Shown here piece after piece: positions 63,656-64,000 of a stretch of 64,000 bases of DNA (position 1 is its first letter; each line of letters begins with the position of its first letter). Under the pieces are notes generated by a model, which did not search any database, was not told the origin of the DNA, and was given only the letters and a program-made list of their open reading frames with translations. Source of the stretch: the human T2T-CHM13v2.0 reference genome, Homo sapiens. Position numbers and translations under genes: made by a program. Location: NCBI RefSeq assembly GCF_009914755.1, contig NC_060931.1; one strand, given 5' to 3'.

Positions 63656-64000
63656 TCACCAGTTAGAGATGCTCCTTTAGTTATCTGAGGCTGCTGAGTG
63701 GGGTAATCCTAGACCTGGATGCTAGTTTGAAGAAAGCAAGTCTCAGTGCTGGAAGGGGTCATTCAAGGTCATCCATGAGCTTCTGCTGAGCCAGGTGCTA
63801 TAGGTGGGCTAGGTGGGACAGGAGACAGGTCAGCATCCAGGGTCCTTGAAGGGACCATGTCCTTAAGAAGAGGTAGGATGCCTCCAATGCAGTGGTCCAC
63901 TGCACGGTGTGGCTGAGACTGCTACAGAGGACACATGGGAAGACCTGCCAGGGTTGGGGGTGGGGGAGGAGCAAGGGCGTCATCCTGGAAGTCACCCCCA

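Overview
Human genomic DNA, Alu-dense, recognisable from its translated exons as chr7q22.1. It contains the 3' part of PILRA (+, exons 3-7), the complete ZCWPW1 gene (-, 2 non-coding and 16 coding exons, 648-650 aa depending on two NAGNAG acceptors), a CpG-island bidirectional promoter, MEPCE (+, 4 coding exons, 689 aa) and PPP1R35 (-, 4 exons, 253 aa). I reconstructed all exon chains by hand with GT-AG boundaries and consistent phases. Most ORFs in the supplied track are Alu, low-complexity or GC-rich artefacts. The most notable observation is a 364-bp polyadenylated, TSD-flanked retrocopy in PILRA intron 2 (10997-11360). It carries a LARP7 exon with its intron flanks in antisense, so it looks like a copy of the miR-302/367 host transcript. 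By my recall of the miR-367 hairpin, its 5' end coincides with the Drosha cut after miR-367-3p. Other findings include a sense solo LTR12 with a dead poly(A) signal and a gained splice donor, a MER85 with symmetric substitutions, a probable templated insertion, a phased E-box array, a POU palindrome and a 43-bp promoter duplication. Repeat family names and source-gene identities come from recall, not from searches.
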